In this document: positions 23,317 to 35,729 of the stretch, one piece after another | Position numbering within the stretch: the stretch's first letter is position 1 | How the letters are laid out: the number at the start of each line of letters is the position of its first letter | Origin: Pseudogymnoascus verrucosus | Lineage: Eukaryota | Strand: one strand, 5' to 3' | Length of the DNA stretch: 64,000 bases | NCBI GenBank assembly: GCA_001662655.1 | Contig: KV460256.1 | Made by a program: the position numbers and the translations under genes | The notes under the pieces: model-generated | What the model was told of the DNA's origin: nothing | What the model saw: only the letters and a program-made list of their open reading frames with translations | The model's database searches: none

Positions 23317-25570
23317 ATGGCATTAATAACAGCAGCGGCGGCGACAGCAACATGGATGTACCTCGATGCGAAATACTCCATCCGCAGCGACATTGCTCAA
23401 ATCCGCGGAGGGTATAGCGTCCAGAAATACGTCCAAAAACTATTCAAGATCCATGGCGAGCATGATTGGTCGTTCTACCACGTCCTCCACGCCACATACG
23501 GCCTGAATGACGATACCGAAGCCCTGGTATTCGAGTCGCGGAGCTGGACATATGGCCAGCTCCGAGGGGAGATAGGACGACTGTCAGAGACCTTTCAGCG
23601 CATGGGAATCAAGAATCGAACTGTCGTCGCCATGTTTGTCAATAACTCCCCAGAATTCATGTTTGCCTGGTGGGCGCTGTATAAGCTCGGAGCCATCCCG
23701 GCGCCGATAAATACGGCGATTACGGGGGAGCATATCAGACATTGTTTGAGGATCAGTGAGGCGGAGTTCTTGATTTCGACTTATGAACTTTATGGCATTG
23801 TGGCGGGGACGTTGTTTTCAGACGACGGAGAAGGGGCGCGCTCGGAGTCCGAAAACTCGATTCATCCTGAAGTCCCGCTTCTCAAAGGAATGGTTCTTTA
23901 CGACTGTGATACGTACTCAGCCACGGAGTGTGAGCTTTTGGCAGAAAGTGTAGTCCTTATCAGACACAGCGATCTTCCACCAGTAACTCCGGAGATGGGT
24001 GATTTCCCCAAGGCATCCAGACCACACGTTGCTCTCGGTGATACCGGTCAATATCTCTTCACGTCGGGCACTACCGGTCTACCAAAAGCGACAACCTGGC
24101 CTTCGGGATATAGTATTGTGGGAACTTGCCCTGGCCGCCATCCAGGCATGAACGACAAATATCGCCGCTTCTATATCTGTTTACCCATGTTCCACGGGAC
24201 AGCAACGTGAACCCCCCCCGTCCCATCACCTAAGAAAATATCGTAATATCTGACTTTCCGATCCCAGGTTCGCAGCTCTACCAAACACCTTCTCCTCATC
24301 CGGCACCATCATCCTCGCTCGCCGCTTTTCCCGCCGCCAATTCTGGGACGACTGCCGCCGATCCAACGCCAACGCCGTGCTCTACATCGGCGAGATGCTG
24401 CGCTACCTCGTCCAAGCCCCACCAGATACCCAGTTCCCCGACGAGAAGAAAATGCACAACGTCGACCTCGCATTCGGTCTCGGATTGGCACCAACGGTCT
24501 GGCGGCAGTTTCGCGAACGATTCGGCGTACCGTGGATCGTGGAGTACTACTCTGCCAGCGAATCGACGGTGTCGTTGGTGAATAGCAATTTCAACGATTA
24601 TGGGCTGGGGAAGGTGGCGCACTGGGGTCCGCTTATGCGGAGTAAGTGGTTTGGCCAGAATAGCTTTTTTATTGTGAGGACAGATATCGATACGGGTGAG
24701 GTGGTCAGATCTCCGGAGACGGGGTTTTGCATAAGGGCTGAAATTGGGGAGATTGGGGAGTCGATTGTTAGGATTGCGCCGCCGGTGCAGAGGAGGCATG
24801 ATTATGTTGGGGAAGGGGGGGTGGAGGCGACGAAGAAGAAGGTGTTGAATGATGTCTTTGAGAAAGGCGACGAGTTCTTTAGATTGGGAGATGCGCTCAT
24901 GATAGTATGTCAATTCCCCCCTTTACACTCACCGAGATCATGCAGGTACTGATATAGTTCCTTTAATTTAGGACAATGATGGATTCATATCCTTCCACGA
25001 CCGTCTGGGCGACACCTACAGATCAAAGGGCCACAACGTATCTACCACCGAAGTCGAAGGTTCATTCAGCAAGCATCCCAGTGTTGCCTCGGTCAACGTC
25101 TACGGTATCCCAATGAACCACCACGGGTACGATGGCCAACTAGGCTGTGCCGCTGTCACATTCCGCAGCGACTCATCGGGTGGTGAGCAAGAAATCGTCC
25201 GGGAATTGGAAAAGTGGCTCTTGACCTCGCAGGGCGCATTGCCGGCCTACACTGTGCCAAGGTTTCTGCGAGTTCTCGTGGACACCGAAGGGACTAGTCA
25301 GGTTGGGATGGGCGGTGGTGATACGGGGCAGGAACGAGTGTCGTTGATAATGAAGAAATTGAAGACGGGGCTCCGGAAAGAAGGTTAGTTCGTCCCCGGG
25401 GTTGCTGTCTTTTGACGTAGGTTGCTGATTATGGCATTGTGATTCTAGGCTTTTCAATTCCGACAGGTTGTAAAGACAGGTTATATTGGATTGAGAGAGA
25501 AGGGGCGGGGTTTGTGCCTTTCACAAAGGAGGCGGAGCAGTTGCTACTATCGGGGAAGGCTCGTCTTTAG
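23317..25570 (+). CDS. FATP / very-long-chain acyl-CoA synthetase family protein (Fat1/CefD1-like) with C-terminal PTS1 (-ARL)
   Basis: AMP-binding LFTSGTTGLPKA; LPMFHG; YIGEMLRYL; EYYSASE; FATP motif DVFEKGDEFFRLGD..FHDRLGDTYRSKGHNVSTTEVE. Three introns (from 24207, ~24905, ~25384). Ends LSGKARL-stop. Confidence 0.92.
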
Positions 25571-25758
25571 TTTTATGAATTTACTGTATATAATTAGTCG
25601 CACATATTGAGCTGCTACAGAAATTTCGAAATACACCGCGAGAGATGTAGAATAAATATCATTAGAAGCCCATAAAGGAATCATAAGTTAAGATAAAAAA
25701 AACATTTCTCATTATCATTCTTTAAACTCCAAATCAAACAGACCCATGTAATATAACA

Positions 25759-28139
25759 CTACATATCAAACGAGGTATCATTAAACCCAAGGTCTGCAGA
25801 TTGATCCAATCCAGTAGTAGCCCCGTCGAAGTCAAGCATGTATATATCGCCAAAAAAATCCATATCCTGCGTGTCATTCAAATATGACTGCCCAAAAAGC
25901 TCATCCCTCACCCCCCAAGATGGGGAAGCAGGTAACAGATTCGACGGCATGGAGGCGGGTATGACTGGAAACAGCTTCTGCAATTCTTCCTCTCGCGGCT
26001 GCGTATCTGTCGGTGGTGGAATACTCTTAGCCTCAGGCTCGAGAATAGAGAGACCAGCTGCACGAGCGGCGGCGCGAAGGAATTGCAGAGCGCTAACCGC
26101 GGTGCCGTAGGCTTCTTGGAGGATCTGGAGAAACTCCATGCTCTGCTTGATTTCATCGGGGACGGTTGGTGGCGGGGGTGATTTTACGGATTTGAGGTCG
26201 AGCACGTGAACCATGGCGGCTGCTACGACAGTACCTACTGCTGTTGTTGAGGAGTAGGGGAGTAGGCCGAGCTGGTGGAGATTTTGGTTCACGCGAGTTA
26301 TCTCCAAGGAGGCTTCGCGGACAATGCGCTGGGGGGTTTGCTGGGGGTCGTTTTGGGTGGAATATTCCCAGGACAAGCCGCTGTTTAGTGTTTTATGTCC
26401 ATGCAAGACGGCGATGGCTCCGTAGTATAGGATGTAGATGTTGGCCTTGGCCATGATGAGGCAGCGGTCTGCAATATCGTAGTTCTCTTTCGACACATTC
26501 TCGTATAGCAAGTCTTTTGGCGTTGCTACAAGCCATTGTTCGATATTTTTCGCGCAGCTGTCCATATCTTCATATGGAGCCTGGCTATATGTCCCGTTAT
26601 ATATATCCTGGGAGCCACCGTCGACTTTCCGGCGATTAGCAAAGATTGAAGAGACAATGTGACAGATACAAACGCATAGTTTTGTATGTTCTATGCATAG
26701 AAGGGCCAGTTCCTTTTGTCGCGCTACATCACCCGAATATGTGCATTCCAAATATGAAGCGCTATCTGGCAGCGAGCCGATATCGAAGTCGTCCAAGGTA
26801 AGCATGGGGACATTGTAGTATGTCAACCTCGATGGACGTCCTAATGCCAGTGCGAGCTTCTGTTCACGGCAAAAACTAGTCCACCACAGACGCCTCCATA
26901 TTCGTATTTTGTCTTTCCCAACCTTGGATTCGACTGGGTCAAGATGTAGGCCAATAGTGTGTCCTAATGAGATTGCAGTGCCGCTCCAGAACCAGGGATC
27001 CTTTTTCTCGTCTACTCCAGGGTACCAATTACTCAGAAGTAAAGCTGCTTGGATCGAAATGAATCGATCCGGCTCGGTGTCAAAATCATAAAGAAGCTAC
27101 AAAGCATTAGCTTATATTCGACATCAACAGAGTTGGAACACACACCTTTGCCCTTATAAAAAACGACATCCGTGCTGCCCGCTTGGAGGGGTAGCCAGCG
27201 CGTATAACATGGTCGTTTTCGACAAATGCCAATGCGGCGCACATGACAGCATTAAAAAGCAAAAGACTTATCGTACCGCATTTGTCATTTCCACGTTGTG
27301 TGATTGTCAACAAGTTGTGCAGATCTAATAAGGGGAATAATGGATGCTGTAACTCAAGGTACCGTGAAGCGCAGATATGTCGGAACTCTGCACTGGGGAC
27401 TGAGAAAGCGCCATTGCTGGAAAGAAACTGTAGAACTGTCTTGTCTAGGCGAGTTGGTAGTGGCGATATATAGGGAGGCAAGCAAGGAATGGCTTCCCCG
27501 ACACTACCTTGGGTGATGGGTGCGCAGTCGAAATAGCTATCGCAGTAGAAATAATCCGATGAATTCGAACTAATAGCGGACGTTGTAGGTGGATCTTGCT
27601 CACAAGAAGATTCTCCTATAGTTGTTCCGGCAAGCTCGTCATTTTGATGTTGAGACGAGGATTGGTTGCCAGACGACATGTACTGGGACCAGTCCAGCCC
27701 ATTATGATCAAAGCTGGCTACACTCGTAGGAGAAGTGGTCGATGGGGTTTGCGCACAGGACGTACGCCCATTCGTTGCCCCAGGAGGTTCTTTGTTCTGG
27801 TGTTGAGATGCAGATTTGTCACCAGACAACGTGTATTCAGACCAGTTCAGGCCATTATGTGTAAAGTTGTCCATAGGCATTTCATTGACAGTCGGGGGGA
27901 TTCGTACAGGACGTGATACTCTGGGGAGAATTGAGTATGGCATGTCAATGGAGTCTGGGACATACTGACCGATGTCTTCTATTCCTAACAGTAACACACT
28001 TGACAGAATCCAAACGACAATTGGTACATGGTGGTCCACTTTCGACTACATTACAACGGACCTTCCTTGATCGACACGAGCTGCAGGCTTTCGCCGCACG
28101 ACGCTTGACCTTATGACCAGTCGCAGCTTGATTCTCCAT
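25759..28139 (-). CDS. Zn(II)2Cys6 transcription factor with Fungal_trans domain, FarB / cutinase transcription factor 1-beta-like
   Basis: KRRAAKACSSCRSRKVRCNVVESGPPCTNCRLDSVKC is the zinc-cluster pattern typical of CTF1-beta/FarB relatives. Middle region ISLLLFNAVMCAA and RRLWW. Two introns inferred (~27.9 and ~27.1 kb). Confidence 0.88.
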
Positions 28140-28685
28140 CGTAATTGCCACTCCTGCAAGAAAGTAAAACTGCTAGATAGATGGAAAAATACACTGAAGA
28201 AAGATATTTTACGCAGACAAGGAGCCGGGAATGTCGGATTCTTGGAACTGCGCGATCGGGGATGTTTGGGGGCGGGTTGTGCGGGGTAATTGGGAAGAAT
28301 GAAGCCGTGCGGGGGGTTGTGTGTGGGGAGCTTGCTGTAAGCCAAGTCAATGGTTTGGGTGTAAAATTCCACTTAACCCGTCTCTTGGGCCACTTTGATG
28401 TCTGTACGTGCGTGAGGGGAAGTGTGGGGTAGCTCTTTCCACCCGGCGTCGGGTAACCTCCGGACTTCCACCACGCAATATCGCCATATCAACGGCTTCA
28501 TAATGTCTATCGCAATGCATATATCACCAAAACATGCTATGAAGCCCGGGATGCTCCATAGGTCTCCATTATTCTTACATTTCTGGTTACGTTGTCTGAC
28601 ACAAAAACATGGGGTTTCTGGGGATTATGCGGGGTGGTGGGGCAGTGGCGCATGGTTTTTACCTATTCGAGGTAAGTTTAGATAG

Positions 28686-28691
28686 CCTCGG
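28686..28691 (-). promoter_or_regulatory. Candidate FarA/FarB site (CCTCGG on +) in the TF/permease divergent promoter
   Basis: Exact hexamer about 155 bp upstream of permease ATG 28845. Confidence 0.35.
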
Positions 28692-28844
28692 TTTTCTATT
28701 GTTCGGCAATGTTATTGGATCTTCAATGTCACTGCTTAAACAGTCGAATATGGAGGAATATGTCGTTGATATAAAGAAGGTTTCCAGTGACCATGTCGGG
28801 GCACATAAACTCCACATTTAGTAGGGGAGCTTCTTCGAATCAAC

Positions 28845-30743
28845 ATGGCAGCCAATACCAACTCAACAGAAAAGGGGGTCGATGTGGTTGCACGTCATGA
28901 TGAAGAGAGCGCCGATTCAGAGTTTCCACAAGAGAAACCATCATCATCACAGGGTTCTGAAGTAGAAACAGTCGATCATCCACGTCTGAAGAGCATTAAA
29001 AGAAAGGTAGATCTTCGGATCTGCCTTGTTCTTGGATGTCTATACACGATATCTCTCTTGGATCGTGTCAATTTACCAGTGAGTCTCTCTGTTGCTTTGG
29101 ATAATTTATTGTATATATAGAACTAACGAAAAATAAAGAATGCGTACGTCTATATTGCTTTATGGTATTCCTGCCCTCACTATATTCGAGACTGATCGTC
29201 TGGATAGGGTAGTCGCTGGGATGGCCAAAGACCTCAAATTGGTTGGCAACCAATATGTGAGAGATGCACCCTTTTTGACTCAATTAGCTTTGCTGATATA
29301 TCCAACAGTCGTTGCTTGTCTTGGTCTTTTTCCCTTTCTATATTTCCTTCCAGCCCCCTATGACAGTCATTGCCAAGAAGCTCGGCCCCCGGAACTTTTT
29401 AACTGGCATTGTTGTCAGTTGGGGTCTAGTTATGGTAGGACACGGCCTTGTTCCAAATTGGAAGGTGATGCTTGCTCTCAGGTGCTTGCTTGGTCTGTTT
29501 GAAGCTGGCTTTTTCTCTACTTGCGTGTATCTTCTGAGCACCTGGTATGTCCGAAGTAAGTCTCGACCAACATTCTCACGCCCTGCATATTTACTAAAGT
29601 CTTCAAACAGGGGAGGTTGCCAAAAGAAACGCAGCTTTTTATCTTCTTGGATCGTTCTTTGCTGGGTTTGGTGGCATCCTAGCCTATGGAGTTTCGAAGA
29701 TGGATGGAATCGCAGGAAGAGAGGGGTGGAGATGGATTTTTATCATCGAAGGGGTTCTAACAGTCGCAATGGGTGAGAAATGTCCCATATTTTCTTGTAG
29801 CAAACATGCTAATAAACACCCACCATAGGTTTGATTGCATTCTTTTTTTTGGTCGACTTCCCAGAAAAAGCCATGAATTCATGGAGGTTTCTTAACGAAG
29901 ATGACCTAAAGATCATCGTCGATCGCGTGGAGCGGGATCGAAGCGATGTTGTTGCGCCTCCATTTAAACTCGGCGAGTATCTTAAAAACGGACTAGACTG
30001 GAAGGTCTACTTTTTCGCGGCAAACTTCGGCCTTTCTTCTGTGGTCACTTACGCTGCTGCCTACTTTCTCCCCATCGTCCTTCGCGACGGGCTTCATTTT
30101 TCCGTCGCTGCTGCACAATGTCTCAGTACACCAGTAAGTAACGGGAGCCCATTTCACCATTTTGTTTCACTTCTAACGCTGCCCTTGAAGTGTTACGTTT
30201 TCGCTAGTATTCTTGGATATTCACAGGGTTATTGGTCGGACAAGATTAATATGCGCACGCCGTTCATCTTGTTCAACTGCCTGCTCGAGATCATTGGCGT
30301 AGCCGTCCTCGGCTTCGCGACCCAAAATCCAGCTCGGTACTTTGGAGCCTTCCTAATCATTGGTGGCGCCAACTCAAACATCGCTCTGGTTCTCACATAT
30401 CAAGCAAATAATATTGTGGGTCAATGGCGACGAGCTTTCTGCTCAGCAACCATTGTTGGAGCAGGTGGCATGGGAGGTATAATCGGATCCCTCACATTCA
30501 GAAGCCAGGATGCACCGGATTACAGGTTAGTTTTTCCATGCTTAACCAGAGAGCAGTCAATGATGAAACCCGAATCTGATCTTTTTAATGCACAGACCTG
30601 GCCTATATACTTGCCTTGTGGCGGCTATAATGGTAGCCCTCTCCGTTACAACTACAACAACTCACTTCTATTTTAAGAATAAAAAGCAGGCCCAGGGACT
30701 CATTGTCCTGGAAGGGTTGCCAGGGTTTAGGTACACGTATTAA
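28845..30743 (+). CDS. MFS transporter, Dal5/Tna1 (allantoate/nicotinate, anion:cation symporter) family
   Basis: Motifs RKVDLRI..LLDRVNL, RCLLGLFEAG, YLLSTWY, GWRWIFIIEG, ANNIVGQWRRA; ends with the family-typical FRYTY-stop. Multi-intron gene. Confidence 0.92.
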
Positions 30744-31236
30744 TTATTGGCAATGGCTCTTTAGTCTGGAATTCGAATTCTTTGACGGAGGAAAGTACAG
30801 CTGTTATATTAAATACATATCGAACCAATGTGAGAATGGCACTTTCTGCACCAAGTACAGATTAGAAACTAAGTTTCATATCCAAACATTAAACCGTATA
30901 TATTCTTAATTTGCGTAAAACTCTCGAATTGACTCTTGGATCTTGAAAGTTGGAATGGGCTGAATTAAAGATTGATGATCTCTGGACAATCGTGTTATGG
31001 AGTGCTATGTGATTTTAGGACATGACATCTCCGGCCAAATAACTCTATAGCGGAGCAAGCTACATACTTTTAACTATGGTCCAACGGCTCGGTGGGTTGG
31101 ATCTCGTGCAGATAAACTTCAGAAAGCAAGAATCTCAATATCTCCTTTAAGCTCTTCAGTAGCAATTTATTTAGATAATAACCATGTAGAACAATATATT
31201 TAAGCTGACTACATCATCATGCATCTACTCTCGATA

Positions 31237-33028
31237 TTAGTAAAAAGTCGGCTTAATCTTGCCATTTGCTCTATCCATGAGTCGTATGGGTAAAAGCACC
31301 TCATATCTGCATCTGATTAGCAAAATACATCTTCCCCGCAAGGAACACTTACACATGCTCAACCCAAGCACTTGTAATCCGCCTTGTCAGCGCTGGGTCC
31401 ACGATTTCTTCAGCTCCGAACGCATTTGCCGTCCGAACTGGATTCATCAATCGTCTATACTCCTCATCCAGCTCCTTATATCTCTTCTCTCTCGCCTCTT
31501 TTCCGCTCTCTTTTTCGATTTTCTTCAACTCCGCTGCATGTCCAACTTCAAGGCCGCCTTCCAAAGGCAAGCTTCCCCACTCACCACTTGGCCATGCAAT
31601 CCGCATCCGTGGATCTCGGCAGTCGAGCATAATGCCTCCTGCTACACCATAAGCCCTCCTGGTAACCACTGAAAACACTGGCATCGTGGTGCTAAAATAT
31701 GTAGTGCCAAGCGCAACACCATGTCTCATCGTTGCCGTGCGCTCTGCCACTGTACCAATCGCATAGCCTGGCACATCAACGAACTGCACAAGAGGGATGT
31801 TGAAAGTATCCAAGAACTTCAAATGCCGCGTTAATTTCTGGCTACCTGCTGCATCAAGTGCCCCGGCATTGACTTCGCAGTTTAAGCTGATAATTCCCAC
31901 TGGTCGTCCATCAAGGCGTGCAAGACCAGTAATAGCAGTCGTACCCCAAAGGCCGCCGATCTCAAACCAACTTCCAGCGTCGACAACGGTTTCGATAATG
32001 GTCCGGGGATTATACATCCTCTCCTTCTTCCGCGGGATAATAGTCCGCAAGTTCTGACAGTCGCGTTCAACTCGATCTTCGCTATTGATTACTGGTGGCA
32101 GCGCCAACCCATGGTTGGGCAGATAGCTTAACACAGTGCGCAACTGCTCAAAGCAGCCCTCTTCATCTGGCGCTAGATTGTCAATTGTCCCGTTTGTGCA
32201 ATGCATCCCTGGGCCACCAAGGTCCGTAAATGACAACCCTTCCTCGAAGGTTGCGTTGGCCACAACCTTAGGGCCAGCATTGAAGAGGGACCCGATATCC
32301 GCCGCCATAACTGAAAAGTGACATGAAACAACCCTCGCCGCACCAAGCCCAATAGCCGGACCTACAACAGCGCCTAGGTTGGGAATCCCAAGTTCTAGCT
32401 GTTTGGCTACCTCTTTAAAGGATGGCACTCCAGGAATATAGCTATACCCCAACGTCTTAATCGTCGTAACGCTTCCGCCGCCAGATGATCCATCTACAAG
32501 CTTGATGATAGGGAGTCTTAGTTCAATCGCCAGATTCTCCATGTAAATCGTCTTCTGCATCAACGCGCCATCTGCGTGCCCTGCGCGAATCGAGAAATCA
32601 TCCGCGGTAAACACCACTTTTCTTTTTCGTAGTGCCCCAAAGCCTTGAACATTGTTGCTCGGAATGAAGTGTGTAGGTTCCTCTTTTATTCCGGCTAGCT
32701 TTTTCCACTGAACAGTTCCAGCCACGGAGCCTATCTCATGGACAGACCCAGGGTCAAAGAGACGATTGACCCGCTCGCGGACCCAGAGTTTTCCAGCGGC
32801 TTTTTGGCGAGAATAACCAGCGTGCTTAGGATCTGGTGTTACAGCGAATTTTTGCAGCGTTGATATTTGCGAGAGGATGTCCGAGTAGTCTACGGGAAGA
32901 GCGTCCGCGGATTTATGACGGCGTTTGCGGGACGTATTTTGTAAGGGGCTGATGTGGTTTGTGACTTGTGAGAGACGGTCCTTCGGGCTAGAGCTTGAGG
33001 AAGCAGTTTTATCGCCTGGGGGGATCAT
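31237..33028 (-). CDS. Acyl-CoA carboxylase carboxyltransferase (beta) subunit with N-terminal PTS2-like nonapeptide
   Basis: Motifs GKLWVRERV, DDFSIRAG, GLARLDGRPVG, FVDVPGY, RRAYGVAG, AWPSGEWG. A 46-nt intron (31307-31352) leads to last exon YEVLLP..KPTFY-stop. Residues 18-26 read RLSQVTNHI. Confidence 0.92.
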
Positions 33029-33263
33029 GGTCTATATTCTCAAATGTGATAAGAGGTATGTGGTTGCGAGATGTCAACTGTGCCAATTGATTTTGGCGTG
33101 GCAACAAACAACTTTCTATCGAAATCCGGAATTGAGTGTTACTAGTGGTATTTATTATGATACCTCATAATATTACGACCAAATCAATAGGGTAATTAAC
33201 TTAAGGGAGGAAGTTACGTCGTCCTTAAGAATTATAGATTGCCGTCGGTACGAGGTACTGCAC

Positions 33264-33274
33264 CCGAGGCTCGG
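33264..33274 (+). promoter_or_regulatory. Candidate FarA/FarB site within palindromic CCGAG-G-CTCGG in the carboxylase bidirectional promoter
   Basis: CCGAGGCTCGG lies near the middle of the 426-bp spacer between the divergent subunit genes; ACGAGG variants flank it. Confidence 0.45.
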
Positions 33275-33454
33275 TGGCGTCTGTCTCACCAAACATTTTG
33301 GGCTTGCGGGGTACCATAACGAGGCTGCGATGGTATTGTTTACTGTTCATGGGTTTCGCAATTGTGTGAGCTATACATAGCATTATAAATACCTTTTTAT
33401 TACCCTTTTTTTACCCCTAATTTTACTTTACTCTATGAAAGAACTTCTTGCAAT

Positions 33455-35472
33455 ATGGAAGCACCACGACCGCCATTACGTCCTATTAGGCGACTTCTCA
33501 TCGCAAATAGGCAAGTCAACGTTGTCAGCAGCACTAATAGTCCAAGTCATTGACCATTTGTAGAGGCGAAATCGCAATCCGTATCCTTACCTCAGCTCGC
33601 GAACTCAACATTGAAACCTACACCCTTTACTCCCCTGGCGACACATCTCACAGCCCGCGCTCCACCTACTCCCTTCCAATTCCATCTGCCTCCACCTACC
33701 TCGACATTCCAGCCCTCATTACACTCGTTAAAGCCAACAACATAGATGCTATCCACCCCGGATATGGCTTTCTGTCAGAATCCTCAGAATTCGCACACCG
33801 GCTATGGACGGAGGCAAACGCAGTTGTGATTGGGCCAGGATGGGAAACACTTGCAAGAACTGGCGATAAACTCGCCGCGCGCCAATTAGCAGAGGAATCT
33901 GCTGTCCCCGTGCTACCCGGTCTACACACTCCAACAAATAATATAGAAGATCTAAGAAGTTTCGCGAGGCAAGTTGGATGGCCGATCATCATTAAAGCAG
34001 TTGATGGGGGCGGAGGCCGAGGAATCCGCATCGTGAGGGAGGAAGCAGGTCTAGCAGATCTGATGGAGAGAGCAATGAGAGAGAGTCCACAGGGATTATT
34101 GTTTGGTGAGAAAGCAGCTATCGACGGCTTTAGGCACGTAGAAGTGCAAATTGTGGGAGACGGGCATGGAAATATACGACACCTGTGGGAGAGAGAATGT
34201 TCGGTACAGAGGCGATTCCAGAAGGTTGTCGAATTTGCACCAAGCTCTATTAGAAACAGAGAGGTAGTGGGTAGAGTTATCGATGCTGCAATGCGGATGG
34301 CAAAAAGAGTGGATTATCTCTCGCTCGGAACGTTCGAGTTCCTTGTCCACAGCTCGAAACCCGAATTCTACTTTTTGGAAGTCAATCCGAGACTCCAGGT
34401 TGAGCATACCATTACAGAGTCATTGTGTCCTGGCCTTGATCTTGTTAAAGTCCAACTCCAGGTTGCAATGGGACAATCACTAGAAAAGCTACTGTCACAC
34501 ATTCCACGAGATCCTCGCATCCCACCAGCTCTCAACTCAATGCAGCTCCGTATCACTTCTGAAGACGCCTCGGCCGATTGGTCGCTGAGCATCGGAAAGA
34601 TCTCATCATTCACTTTACCAGCAGGAAATGGAATCAGAGTTGACACTCACATCGTGCCTGGTCTAATTGTTAAGACGGATTTTGACAGCCTATTGGCGAA
34701 GGTTATTATCACGACATCCGGTTGGGAAGATATGATAGCAAAGGCCAAACGAGCTTTAGAAGACACAAACATCAGTGGAGTGACGACCACGCTTGATGCC
34801 CTACGTGGCATCATTTCTCACCCTGATTTTGAAGCTCAGAATTGCGATACTCAATGGCTTGAGAAAACCCTGCCTCGAGTTCTAGAAGCTGGGAAAACAT
34901 TCACTGCCGCCCTCCCTAAGCCCATTGCGTCTTCCACGACACCTTCAGGGGTTGGATTTTCAACCGCATCAACAGGTGTGCCCTTCCGCAAAGGAGATGC
35001 GTGGTCCATCTCTCTGTCACCAGAAGGCGCCAAAAACGAATCTCCACCAGCCCACCTCCTGCTCACGAAGGTCTTACGCAATGAATTTCCAACCTCCCTA
35101 TCAGCCACTATCCTCTTTACCCCGCCATCCGGAACTCCGCAGCCCTATACTATTTCATTGGCTTCAACGACAGCCTCAGCGGGCTCCCTGGCCTCAGGTT
35201 CTAAGCATCGCCGTGGTGATGCGAGCAACCCAAATCACATCATAATCCCGTTCCCAGGGCAGCTAGTGGAGATTATGGTCGATGTAGGAGATGTCATTGC
35301 AAAGAATGATATTATCGCTGTTGTCAAGCAAATGAAGATGGAGCTCGAGATCCGAGCAAGTAGATCTGGGATTGTGAGCTGGGTGTATGAGGGCGAGGAA
35401 GAGGATGAGGTTAGCGAAGGAGTGTTGGTGGCGGAAGTTGTGGAGGAGATCTCGAACAGAGCCAAGTTGTGA
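33455..35472 (+). CDS. Biotin carboxylase + biotin carboxyl carrier (alpha) subunit of an acyl-CoA carboxylase, with C-terminal PTS1 (-AKL)
   Basis: LLIAN|RGEIA is restored by a GC-AG intron (33511-33563). Motifs IHPGYGFLSE, KAVDGGGGRGIR, RECSVQRRFQK, FLEVNPRLQVEH; biotinyl domain QMKM. Ends SNRAKL-stop. Confidence 0.93.
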
Positions 35473-35729
35473 TATAAATAGAGCTTCCAAAATATATGTT
35501 TAAAGTTTAGCTATCAGGGACAAATAATCTGGGCTCCTTAATATCAAATGTATGTTTGCGTTTTGGGTATATCATCCTCATGGCGGACAACATCTCTCCC
35601 TTCATTCCAGCCTATCAAGGTATGGTCATATGTTGGGAATATATGTTATTACTGAAGTAGAGGTGTTACATACGATCATAGATTCTAAATAATTGTGCAT
35701 CTTATCTGCTCTGCTATCCACACGTTGCG

